64,000 bases of DNA from Fonticula alba ATCC 38817 (Eukaryota; Protista; Nucleariida). The stretch lies in NCBI GenBank assembly GCA_000388065.2, contig KB932202.1. One strand, given 5' to 3'. The position numbers were made by a program, and so were the translations under genes. How positions within the stretch are numbered: position 1 is the first letter of the stretch; each line of letters starts with the position of its first letter. The notes below the pieces were generated by a model. That model searched no databases. It had not been told where the DNA came from and saw nothing but the letters and a program-made list of their open reading frames with translations. Of this stretch, positions 11,295 to 22,752 are shown in pieces.

Positions 11295-14200
11295 CACCTC
11301 CGCCGGCTCCGGCAACACCCCGGTCGTGGCAGCCAGCGCGCCGGCCACTCCCGCGGCCCCGGTTCCCGGTCGCCGGGTCGTCATGTCGTATGCGCACATG
11401 GCGGCGGCCAAGCTGCCAGCCGCCGAGACCGCGCCGGCCAATGCCCTGCCCGGTGGCCTGTCGCTGTCTGCGCTCCCGGCCCCGGCCTTCCCCCTGAGTC
11501 CGTCTCTCTTTTCCTTTACGCGGTCGCCGGCCCCTGTCGCCGCCCAGCCTGGCCATGTGTCGGACACGTCGCGTATGTCTTTTTCCCCCCCCCCTCCCCT
11601 CCCTGTTTCACCTCCTCCCCCCACCCCCTGAGGCGGGAGGGGGGGCTTCCCGCTTGGGTGTCGCTGCCCTGCTCCCCCTTGGGCCCCCGTCCATCTTCCG
11701 CCCACTCACCCCTCTCCGCAGAGTCGCCCACCATTAGCCTCACCTGTGGTGGGGCGCCCAGCGCCGCGCCGATCTCCCCACAAGCTTTCATCGAGGATGT
11801 CGTTCCCTTGGTATCCGGTGCGTGCCGGGCAGTTTGATTTGTTGCAGCTCTGTCGCTATTCTCCTCGCCCGGGCTCGGTCCTGACCCCCGACAAAACCCC
11901 TCCCCCCTCTCCCCCCTCCCGACGATCTGGGCTTCCTTCCGGCCGGTTTGCCCGCCGGCCGACCCTCCAGAGCACCTTCGCAACTTTTCGCAAAAGGCCT
12001 CGGTCCCGCCCCTCCGGCCGCGTGGGTTCATCAATTCCGGGAACATGTGCTTCATGCACTCGGTGCGCTCGGCTGGCGGCTCCCTTTTTCCATGGCCCTC
12101 CCCCCGGCGGCGGGGGTGGGGGGTCGTCCAACGTGGCTCCTGCTCCAACACTTGTGCTGACCTTGGCCCCTTCTGGCCGAATCCGAATTTCCCAGGTCCT
12201 CTCGCCGCTCATCCACTATGCCCCGATCCAGCATCTGATGGCGTCGATCCCGCCGCGTCACATGCAGGCCCTCTCCGAGCTGGCCCCCTTCCTGAAGGCC
12301 TTGTGCGTGGTGCACCATGCTCGTTTCTCCTCCCTCTCCCCGGCATGTCTCCCGTTGCGCTCCGTGTGCTTGGCATGACCGACTGACGCCGCCCTCCTGA
12401 TGGGCCTTTCCATCCTGCCTCCCCTGCGGCTCCTTCTCCTTGCCCGACAGCGCGGACCTCATGCGCCAGTTTGAGCCGCTGACCGGGTCCGGCTCGCAGC
12501 CGGGCACCGCGCCGACCTCGCCGAATAAGCGTCAGCCGGTTGGTGCCGGGGCCACTGTCAGCACCAGCTCTGGGCCCCTCAACGGTGTGGGCATTTCGGC
12601 TGACCAATTCCCCTCGACCCAGGGTCCCCTGCGTTTGCCGCAGGACATCCTGACCGCCGTTCACTCGAAGAAGGGCCTGGCCCTCACTGTATGTCCACGC
12701 GCATGCCGGCCTTCCCCTGCTCTCCTGGGCCCCCTCCCCCCCCCCCCCTATCTCTCCTTCCTGCTGACTCTTTCTCCTCACCTCCCCCTTTCTCGCCCTT
12801 GCTTTGTCTCCCCTCCTCTTCCACTGCACGCCCACTTAAATAGGGCAACCAGGAGGACGCCGAGGAGTTTCTCGGTCATATCCTGATGCTGCTGCATGAG
12901 GAGTTCTGCGAGAGTGCGCACTTCCCCTCCCTTCCCTCTGTCCCTTTCTTTCCCGCTCGCCTCCCCTCGTTCTTTCTCCGCACGACTCACGCCTTTGGTC
13001 ATTTGCTCTCGCCCGCCGCCGCAGTCCTCCAGTACGACGACCGGCTGTTTAAGAAGCGCACCGGCCGGTCACGCACCGGCCAGGATGATGACGATGATGA
13101 CGGCTGGTCCGTGGTTACTGGCACATCGGGCAACCGAGTCGTGCATGCGCGTGCTGTGCGTTCTTTTGCGGTGCCTTTCGGCTTTCATTCATTGCCCGGC
13201 TCCCCCCCCCCCCACCAATCATCTCACCACCCCCGGCGTGCCTGTCGCTTCGTTATCCTCTTCAAACCCCCTGCAGGTCGGATCGGACTCCAAGTTCCCG
13301 ACCCCCATCTCGCAGATTTTCTGGGGCCGGACGCGTAACATCGTCAAGATGGTCCACTCCAACACCCCCTCCATCACATTCCAGCCCTTCCACACGATCC
13401 CCCTCTTCATCAATGTACGCTGTTCCGGGAGGGCAAAGCGGGGGGGGGGGGGGGACTGCCCCGTCTTTAACCGGGCCTTTTCTCTCTGCCCTTTCTTCTC
13501 TGCCTTTTTCTCTCCACTCATCCTGCCTCTCCTTTGTCCCCTCTTCTCGTGCAGTGTCCGTCGGTCACCTCTCTGGAGGGTGCCATTCTGAACTTCGTGC
13601 AGGAGGAACCGCTGCTTGGCTTTGTCGATTCGAACACCGGCCAGCCCGTGCGCATAGATCTTCCAACATCTGCGCTGCCTTTCTTCCTCATGGTTTTTTT
13701 TTTTGCTGACCTGCTCCTCCTCTCTCCTCCTCTCTCCTCATCACTCCTCCTCTCTCCTCATCACTCCCCCTCTCTCCTCATCACTCCCCCTCTCCCCCTC
13801 TCTCCCCCTCTCTCCCCCTCTCTCCTCCTCTCTCCTCATCCCTCCCTCCTATCCCCCTCTCAACAGGCCACGGCCCATCGGTCTTGCTCTTTTGAGACCC
13901 TTCCACCGATGATCATTTTCCACATGAAGCGCTTTGTGTACACCATCAAGCCCGTGTCCAACGGGCGAGACCAGCTCCTGCCCCCTGGAGGCAGCCCCCT
14001 CGGCGGCATTGACGACATGCCCGAGATGCCGGACATCAACATCGTCAAGATCCGCAAGCCAGTTAGCTTCCCGCTGCACCTCCAGCTCCCGGCCGAGTCC
14101 ATGCATCGGAGCCTGTCCGCCTCCTCGTCCTACGAGCTTCATGCAGGTGTGTTTGCCTTCGGAATCCCCCCCCCCCCCCCTCCCCCCTCCCCCCATTGCC

Positions 14201-14525
14201 TTGCGCACCCCTCACTCACTCGCTCCTCCCACATCCGCCAGTGGTAAACCACCATGGCCCCTCGGCTCAGGGCGGGCACTACACCTGCTCGCTCAATCAC
14301 CCGTCCCTGGGCTGGCTGCGCTTTGACGATTCTCATGTCACCCCGCTGGCCAGCCCGCCAGTGATCACCCCGGCCGCGGTGCGTGCAGCCGAGTATCCTC
14401 GGCCGCGGCCGGCGACCACCAGCAGCCCCCGCTCTTCGCCTCTGTTGGTGTCTGCCGCCGGGGCCGACCCCTCGGGTGATGAGAGCGGCGACGCGTACCT
14501 GCTCTTCTACCGGCGCTCAGGCTGA
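10876..14525 (+). CDS. USP10: Ubiquitin carboxyl-terminal hydrolase, USP10/Ubp3-like (~10 exons), with a long Ala/Pro-rich N-terminus
   Basis: Cys box PRGFINSGNMCFMHSV (~12016-12063), GNQEDAEEFL (12844-12873), ETLPPMIIFHMKRF, His box VVNHHGPSAQGGHY, WLRFDDSHV and AYLLFYRR. Phase-consistent GT-AG introns across the catalytic domain. The start codon is tentative. Confidence 0.88.
13715..13860. repeat. Pyrimidine minisatellite (~20-bp unit CTCTCTCCTCATCACTCCYC, three copies plus degenerate units) in a USP intron
   Basis: Directly visible tandem units. Confidence 0.8.
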
Positions 14526-15099
14526 CGCCAATCTGACAGGCACTTCTCGCCGTCCCTTTCTGTGTGTGCCTCTCGCTTGCTGGCTGGCTGGCTGGCTGGC
14601 CGGCTGGCTCTGCCTCACGGGCCGGCACAGGCCGCCGTCTGCTCCTCGAGCGCGTCCACCAGGGGGCCCCCAGGGTTCCCATTTGTCCTTGTTCCTTCTC
14701 CCTCATCACGTGAATGTATCCACATGAACAAACCTCTCTTCGTTGGCACCAGGCGATCCTTTCCCACAGTTACGCGCCTTGGCGCGCGCGCGCGCGCGCA
14801 CCCCTCGCGAGGGAGGAGGGGGCTGGGGGGGGGCTGGGGGGGGGCCTGCACTGTGCGGAATCCCGGTCACCGGTCTTTGGGCATGGGAGGGGAGACAAGG
14901 GGCGCGATCTTGCCGCAGGTCGACTGCCCCCGGGGGTCGGCTTTTTCCATGCACTTCCCCTCCTCCGTCTTGCCTCGCCGCTCCCCGCCGCCTCTCCGGT
15001 GGGCCTTTTCCCCTTCTTGATCTATCCGTGCTCCCGCTTCCCTGCTTGCCGTTTGTTCTTGGCGTCGAGAAAAAAAAAGTCGCCCTCCTCACGCTGGGC

Positions 15100-15426
15100 A
15101 TGGAGTCCTCCCTGGACCATGCGTGCAACTTCTCCAGCCGGCTCTTCTTGGATCAGCTGCGTTATGAGTATGGAAGCAACCTCCTGCCGCCTGCCCTGTC
15201 CGGGCAAGCGCCCTTCTTGGGCAGCCCGCAGCCCAGCTGCTCTTTCCATGGTGTCCACTTGCCGGATCTATACTCCTTCGCCCTGTGGGACTCACTGAGC
15301 GGCGGGTCGGCCTCGGTAACTTCGCCTCTGCCCGCGGCCATGGCCGTTGGCATGCTCCCCGTGCCGGACCATGTGTCCTTGGATCATGTCCGTCTTTCGC
15401 TGGGGCTGGCTGGCTATTCTCTCTCT

Positions 15427-15463
<37 letters not shown>

Positions 15464-18400
15464 CTTCTCTCTCTCTTTCTCTTTCTCTTTCTCTCTCTCC
15501 CTCCCTCCCTCTCTCTCCCTCTCTCTCTCTCTCCCTCTCCCTCTCTCTCCCTCTCTCTCCCTCTCTCTCTCTCTCCCTCCCCTTCCCTCCTCCCGCGCAT
15601 CCTCCTGTCGTAGCTGCCCCTTCGGCGGAGCTAACCCCCCCTCCCCCCCTCATGGCCTGACGTAGATCATGCTCCTTGGTGCTCTGCGGCTACAGGCCTC
15701 CGGCCAGCCGGTGCTGGCCACGCGGGCCGGGGCCGAAGTGGCCGGCGTGGCTGGCGACGTGGAGATCCTTTCGCCCGTGGGCGCTGGCCAACCACCGCAC
15801 ACGGTGCGGCCAGATGGCCGGCCCGCCCAGGCGGCCTTCGGTTCCGGCTCCACCGGGGACAGCACCGGATCGCGTCTTGGCGGCCAAGGGTCCTCCTCGG
15901 CGGCCACCGTGGTGCCGGTTCGCGAGCCCGGCGTCCCGCTTGTGGGCCCGGCCACGGCGCAGGCTCTCGGGCAGTGGCATTTTCCCGACCGATACCCCGG
16001 CCCGGCGGCGGACTTCCCATACTCGGACTTTGTGTTGGCCAGCGGCCGGCGCTCGTCGCGCTCAGCGGCCGAGGCCGCGGCCGCCAGGCAGCGCTCGGCG
16101 GCCGCCAGGCAGCGCTCGGCGGCCGCCACCGGGGCCGATGCCACCGATGGCACGGGCGCCCCGGCGGCGGCCGATGTCGACGATCCGGAGGAGGCGCCCC
16201 GCCCGCCGGAGCCCGAGCACCGGCCTGGGGGAGTGCAGCCGGACGCGCGGGCCGCCTGGGACGGCCGGGTCTCCAACCGGCCACCTATACGGCCGGCGGG
16301 GAGGCCGGCCCGGCCCAGCAGCCCCCCACCCGGGAGCCTGCCTCGTCTGGCCGCTGGTCCGGCTCGTCGAACTCCGGCACCGAGCATGAGCTGCCCGTCC
16401 TGCCGGTCGACGAAGAGGAGGACGACCTTTCATGGGCCAGCACCTCGATGATGTTGAGCGACTTGGACCGGGTGGCGCGCCTGGCCGCAGCGACGCCAGC
16501 ACCTGCGCGGCCGGGTGGGCTTCTCCCGCCGCTGTCCCCCGGTGGCCATGGGCTGACCCCTTCGGAGGCGGCCGGCGGCGTGGTTTCCCGGCCCGGGCCT
16601 CTGGAGCCATACACCCCCCCCTCCGGGGGGAGTGGCTCGCACGAAGCCGACGATGTGTCCTCGCACCAGCTGAACCGGCTGCTGGAGGACCTGGGCACGG
16701 CGCTCAATGCCATGGGTTCGCCGTCGGACGCGGCGGCCATCGGACGCGACATGGCCCGAGTTGGCTTCTCGCGGTCGGTCATGGAGCCCTCGTCGCTGTT
16801 GGACTCCTCGGTGCCTGGCCCCGCCGGCAGCCGGGGTGGTGGTTTCGGTGCCGGCGTCGGCGTCGGCCCCGGCAGCGGCAGCGAGGGCGACGCCTTCCCA
16901 GCCCGGGTGTGGGAGAACCCCCTCGGGGAAACCTATTTGCAGTTTGGCGTCCCGCGCGAGCTGCCGGCCGAGGCTGGCCATGCTGACGCCAGCCTGTCGG
17001 CGGCCAGCAGTGTCGACACGCGAGTCATCGAGCAGCTGTCGGCCGCCGTGCAGCACCTTCGCCCGACGGACTTCGATTCCGGGCAAATCCACCGAATCCT
17101 GGATGACACGACGTTCTTGTCGACCCCCGGGTCCTCGGCCACGCCGCCCTCCTCGCGGTCTGCCCGGACCAGCGCGTCCCGCTCGGCATACCGGGGGTCT
17201 GCCGCGCAGCTGGCCAGCAGCACCTCGCAGGCCGAGGTGTCTTTTGCTTCGGAGGAGTTACCTCCGGCGCCGGTGCCGGCACCGGTTCCCGCGGCAGCTC
17301 CGGTTGCCTTCCCGACCCCGGTTCCCGTGCCGGCAGCTGTTCCGGCTTTGGCGCCGGTGTCGGCAGCACCAACTCCCGCGGTGGCGGTCCCCGCGCCAGC
17401 AAAGACGCCTCGTCCTCCGAGTGGCGGCGCCCTGCCCGTCGGGTGCGCGGATGCCGCCTTTTGCCTGCCCCTTCCTCCCCTTTGGCCCTTTCCTGCCATC
17501 CGCCCGCCCATTTGCCCCCTGCGCCTTCTTGTCTCTGACCTGTGTTGTGCTGGGCGATCTCCTGCATGGACAGCTTCCCCCCGGTCGGGCCGATGCCTGC
17601 GGTCCCGGTGCACCATCACCATCATGCGTATCTGCAGCAGCAGCCCTTCCCCGGCGGAACACCCATGCCTGGGCTGCTCCGGTCTGTCGACTCGTCTGGC
17701 AATCTCTCCTCCTCCTCCTCCTCCTCCTCCTCCTCCTCTTCGACGGACAGCCTGTCCCTGGTCCCGGCACCGGCTCCGGGCCCGGGCCCAGGCCCGGCCC
17801 CGATCTTGATGTCCCGGTCGCCAGCGCGGCCGCTTTACGAGGCCGACCTCCATGGCCCGGGAGATGCGGCCTCCGGGCTCTCGGCCTCCGGCCTTTCGTC
17901 GGAGTACTCGCTCTCCGCGGCACGGCGCCGGCCGGCGGTCCAGTCGCCCTCCCCCCAACGGCATGTCTTCCCGGCCGCCAATCCGGGAAGTCTTCCCAGC
18001 CAAGCCGAGTCCGACATGTCGGACTCCTCGAGCCTGAGCGCTCCGCCCGGGGGGTGCGTACGCGCCGGCTCGCCGCGACTCTCAGCCTCCTCCCCCACCC
18101 CCTCCGCCGACGCTGACCCTGTTCTTCTCCCCCTTCGCCTGGGCCGCTCCCCTCCCCGCATGCCTGGGCCTTGCACACGGGAGCAGTGTGCACAGACGCC
18201 CGCCGAGTTCCGGCGCCCCGCCGAGCGCCGGCACGTGGGCGCCCTTCCCCCCGGCCCCGGATGCCGGCCCCGGCCCGGCCGGCCATGGCCGGGTCCCGGC
18301 GGTCATTCATACCGACGACCTGGAACGGCTGTTTTTCGGGTGAGTGCTCAAATGCCAACGGAACTACGCTGACAGTCGATTGTGGGCTCTCTCTCTCTCT

Positions 18401-18753
18401 CACTTGATGCGGGTATTGTGGGGGTGGTGTTCGTGGCAGGGGGGGGGAGATGGTGGTGGCGGTGGGGACAACAGGGGTGTTTGTGTGCGCGCGTGTGTGC
18501 GTGCGTGTGTATGTGTGTGCGTGTGCGTGTGCTTATTTTCCGCCCCGTGACGGGGAAGTCCGTCGGCGCAATGACCCCTATCCTTGTCCGTGTCCCTCCA
18601 TGAAATGGACCCGGGGGGGGGGGGGGGGCAGAAATGTCACTGGCTGGATCTTGTCATGATGGGGGCGGGGCGGCTCCCCCCAGCGCATTTGGCCAAGTGT
18701 AGGCTCGCCGGCGGCGCCCCCGCCATCTCCGGCCATGTCGCTGGGCGCTTGAG
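15100..18753 (+). CDS. Hypothetical low-complexity protein with no recognisable domain; the model needs one or two single-base corrections at C homopolymers
   Basis: ATG 15100. Phase-0 intron 15388-15665 (CT microsatellite, GCTAAC branch-like motif). Long open frames at 15666-16330 and ~16330-17440, then 17570-18056 and 18195-18340 with donor GTGAGT. The 3' end is uncertain. Confidence 0.45.
15418..15580. repeat. (CT)n/(CCCT)n microsatellite in an intron
   Basis: Directly visible inside intron 15388-15665. Confidence 0.95.
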
Positions 18754-18967
18754 TGTTGCCTGATGGCCTTGCGCTTCGCGCGACCGTGCGAGGTGAGGGC
18801 ACGCAGGCCCCCGCCCCCCGGTGGTGCCTGCCGACTCGGCGCGCCCACATGCTGGCCTTTAATTGCCTGGTCACCAGGCCTCACGGGGGAGGGCGTCCTC
18901 CACTCTGCCTTCGGCCCCTTTTCCCTGGGCAACGGGCCGTAAGTGGGCATGCAACGTCCTTGGCGAG

Positions 18968-19000
18968 GGGGGGGGGGGGGGGGGGGGGGCGCTGGGGCCC

Positions 19001-19066
<66 letters not shown>
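18968..19066. repeat. Long poly-G tracts (potential G-quadruplex) between two plus-strand genes
   Basis: A G run of ~20 nt and one of ~55 nt, separated by a short GC spacer. Confidence 0.85.
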
Positions 19067-19068
<2 letters not shown>

Positions 19069-19389
19069 TCTTGGTCCGCCAGTGCCAGGGCCTGGCATGG
19101 GTCGGGGCGGGCCCCGCGGACGGAAGCCTTCTGACAGCGACCCGGGCCCAAGTGGCGGCAGAGGACGCTCCAGCCCCGCATCTGCTTCTTCTTGTCCTTG
19201 CCCCCTTTCTCTCGCATTGTTGTTTGCCTCCTTTTCGCGCCCCGCCTTCCCCCCCTCGCGCCCCGCTGCTCCCCCGTGCTGCGCCAGCCTCCCCGTGCAG
19301 ACTTGCCGCGCGCGGCTCGCGTCGCGCCCTTTCCGCCCATTTGGCCCTCCCCTCCCCCCCCCCCCGGCCGCAAGGTGCCCCGCCTAAGC

Positions 19390-22300
19390 ATGGGAGCCGA
19401 CGACGCCGCGCCCGGGATCGGGCTCCACCTGGAGCTTGACGACGCGGAGGAGGACCTCCTTTCAGTCCACGGGTCGCGGCCAGCTGGACGGCCGCGACAT
19501 GGCCCGACCAGCCGAGCCGATGGTCCCCTCCGGTCGCTGGGCCGGGGCTTGCGCCGCGCGCTGCAGACACTGGCCGGCAGCCGGCCCGTGGCGCCGCCCT
19601 CGAGCCCGGCCGACACCGAGCGGCACTCGTTGGTGGCCGAGCTCAGCCGGTCGAACAGGGCAAGGCGCAAGTCGCCGGCAGCGCCGGGCCCCAGCCCGGG
19701 GGACCACCATCTCCCGGGGGCCGGTCGCTCGGGACCCTTGAAGCCGCGCGCCGACCGGCGCCTGGTCCTCCTTCGCCAGGTGTTCTTGGCGACCATCGCC
19801 GCCGCGGCTTTTGTCGCGCTGCTCGTGGTGCGTGGAAGCCCCCTCGCCGCGGCCCCCACGCCGAGGCCGTGCTTAATCTGACTTTCGCGCGCGCCCCTGG
19901 TGCCCGACTCGCGGGCAATCTCACTCCCCGCGCCCTCTCGCTGAGGCAGGTTTTTTCCCCACCCAGCGGGGATATCACCGTCGATGGGCAATACACATGC
20001 GAGTGCGTCTGCCCCGGGCGCCGGGGGGCCTCCTTGCGTCCTGGCGCCTGTCCGCCGAGAGGCGTCCTCCGCTGACCATCCGCACGTCATACTTCCCTCC
20101 AATTCGCCCGCCGTCGCCGGTTGGCCGGTGGCGCGGCGAACGCAACCCCAGGGCCGCGGTCCGGGCCTCCCTCAACATGGTGGTCACCTCGACGGCCAAC
20201 CTGCAGACGAGTGTCATCCGGGCGGAGGACGCCCAGCGCCTTGCGCCCACCGTGCCGGAGCGTTTTGTCCTGGCAGCACGGCCCCGGCCGATGGACTTGC
20301 AGAGTGTCGTGGCGCCGGTCGGCTTTGAGGAGCAGCAAAATGACGCGTCCGTGGCCCGCGACGCCGGGTCCTGGTGGACCGTGCGCATCATGCCCTCGCC
20401 GGAGCTCCACTGCGACTCGCTCGGCTCGGACGCCTGCTCCAACCCCGGCAGCTGGTCCTTCTTCCCGCTGAACCCCTCGACCCAGCACCCGGGCTACTCG
20501 GGGTGGGACAGCGCGCTGCGCGCGCCGCGCGCATGCGCCGGGCACGCGGCCTTCGACATCCTGTACGCCACCCAGGGCGGGGAGATCTTCGGCGCGGCCG
20601 ACGATGAGGGGCACATCGAGCCGGACACGGCCGCCGGTCTGCCGGGCGGCGCGGCCGGCGAGCTGGCCGATGCCACGGCCGGCTCTGCCGGCGCGGCCAC
20701 CCCCCCCTCTGGGCCCCACCAGCCAACCATCGGACGGGGCTGGTATGAGGCCACGCTCTACATGCCCATCGAGGGGGCGTGGATTGTCGGGGCCCATCTC
20801 CTGTGGGAGTACTACCCCCGGGGTCTGGAGTGCGTTTGTCCCCGCGCGGCCATTGGGTCCTTTTCACCCCGCCCCCCCCCCCCCGGAGCCGCGTATGCCG
20901 GGCCCGGGGCCCCTTTCGCCGGCCGCCCCCGGTGGCAGCTTGCTCGCGCAGCCCAAACTAATGTCACCCGCCTGTGGCCCAGTAACTATGCCACCCACCA
21001 GTCGGCCATCGCCTCGCTGGCCGAGAACATCGCCTCGCAGCAATCCCCGGAGACCAACTTCCGGAACCGGCACCGCCAGGTGGTGTACCCCCTGCCGGCG
21101 CCCCTCGGGGCCGGGGCCCACATCGCCGGGTCGCCATCGCTCTTCTACCGGCCGGCCACGCGCGACCCGCGGTCGCCGCCCTCGCGCCATGCCCGGCACA
21201 TTGCCCGGTCCTTCAGCATCAGCCGCCGGCAGTTGCCGCTGTGCAATTCGTCGTCCTCCCCCTCGGGCACGGTGCCGGACTTCACGCGCATGGCCGGGGT
21301 CTGGTCGTCGGACGCCCTGTCGCTGTTCTTCCCCTCGGGCTGTCGGCTGGCCCGGATCGCGCATCCCCGGTGGCTGCCGCAGCCCCGGCGGCCGGATTCC
21401 ACGGCCGACCTGACCGATTCGGACTTCGGCCCGGCCGGCCGGGTGCCCCGCATGGCCGACCACGACGCCGACAATCTGACCGCCGTCGGCTTCCACAAGG
21501 GCCTGCCGTTGGGCATCGACCTGGATGCCTTCGAGCAGGACCCCGTGGAGGAGTGGCTATTCAGCTACGAGCGCCGTGACGACCCGACCGTGCGCACCAA
21601 TCGCCGGTGGATTCGCATCATCGGCGGGTCCAATGCCCAGCGGACATTCCAGCGCCTGTGCGACATCCTCCCCTCGACGACGGACCCCCGGACGGCCGGG
21701 CCATCGCGCGTGTGGAGCCACTCCTCGGGCCGGGTCCGAGCCTGCCTGCCGGCCAACGGCGCGGTCATCACCTTCCGCCATTGGGTGTATCAGGGCCGAC
21801 CGGCGGCCGAAGGGGCCAAGACCGGCACCACCGGCACCACCGGCACCACCGGCACCGCCACCAGCGATGACGGCCTCCAGCGGGAGCTCCTGGAAACCAG
21901 CCTGCTCTTGGACTTGACCCAGGCCGGCCTGGCCCCGGGGGATCTGATCGCCTCGGCCTACTATCGGCATCATTTCCCGGTGCAGGCCGCGCCGACGGCC
22001 GCCGGGTCGGCCAGCGGCCCGGCGCCCCACCCGGACCCGCAGGCCGAGCGTCTCGGAGAACGACGCGCCCCGGACATGCTGTGGCTCATGATGGAGCACC
22101 AGGCCCCGCATCGGGTGCACGACATTGGCCTGCCCCTGCGCCAGGCCCTGACTCGGTACAGCCGCCTGCTGGCCGACACCCCGGCCTCGGAGAAGGCCGC
22201 CAGCATTCCCCCCCGCGAGCGCATCCTCTTCCTGACGGAGATGGCCGTCCGCACGGATGCCGTGGTGACCAGTCACCTGGGCCCGGATGTCCGGGATGAT

Positions 22301-22612
22301 GGGCTCTATGCGGCGGGGTTGCGGCTGGCGGCCGCGCGTGTGCATGAGCGCTTCCGCGCCGGCGACCGGACCCCGGTCCAGGATGAGGTCATCGCCCGCG
22401 CCGGGCAGCGTCTCATCCAAACCAATCGCCGGATTCGCGCCCGGGCGTTGGACATCCGCTCGTCCATCGGCGACCTGGCTGTCATTGTGGATCTCTTCGG
22501 GCCGACCATCGGCCTGGCCGCATGGGGCCTCATGCCGGACATGTTCCACCTGCCGGATGCCGCGTACACGGCCGTCGTGGAGATCACCCTGAATGCCATG
22601 CGCCGGCTGTAG
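19390..22612 (+). CDS. Type II membrane protein with an SGNH/PC-esterase (NXPE/TBL/CAS1-like) luminal domain. Exons 19390-19868, 19967-20002, 20152-22612
   Basis: Single TM helix VFLATIAAAAFVALLVV after a basic stretch. Both introns are phase-consistent. GxS motif WIRIIGGSNAQR (~21608-21645) and C-terminal DxxH (PDMFHL, 22535-22552). GWYEATLYMPIEGAWIV resembles the NXPE Ig-like region. The family assignment is inference. Confidence 0.6.
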
Positions 22613-22752
22613 TCCAAGCAGCGAATGCATGACAGGTCTTTGTAGAAGCAGAGCTCGGCCAGGTGGGAGGTAGGGGGGGGGGGGGCAAAGCTGGATCGGG
22701 GGAAGGGCGCAAGCACGAGGAGGAGGATCGAGCGAGGAGCACGACCCGAGCA

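Noticed and set aside
11812-11818. GTATCC as a possible U12-type donor
   Set aside because: It lacks the full GTATCCTT consensus, and a standard GTGCGT donor follows immediately.
13402-13413. LFIN in the USP, resembling the yeast Ubp3 Bre5-binding motif
   Set aside because: It lies inside the catalytic domain at the position of the conserved 'LQLDI' strand, not in the N-terminal region.
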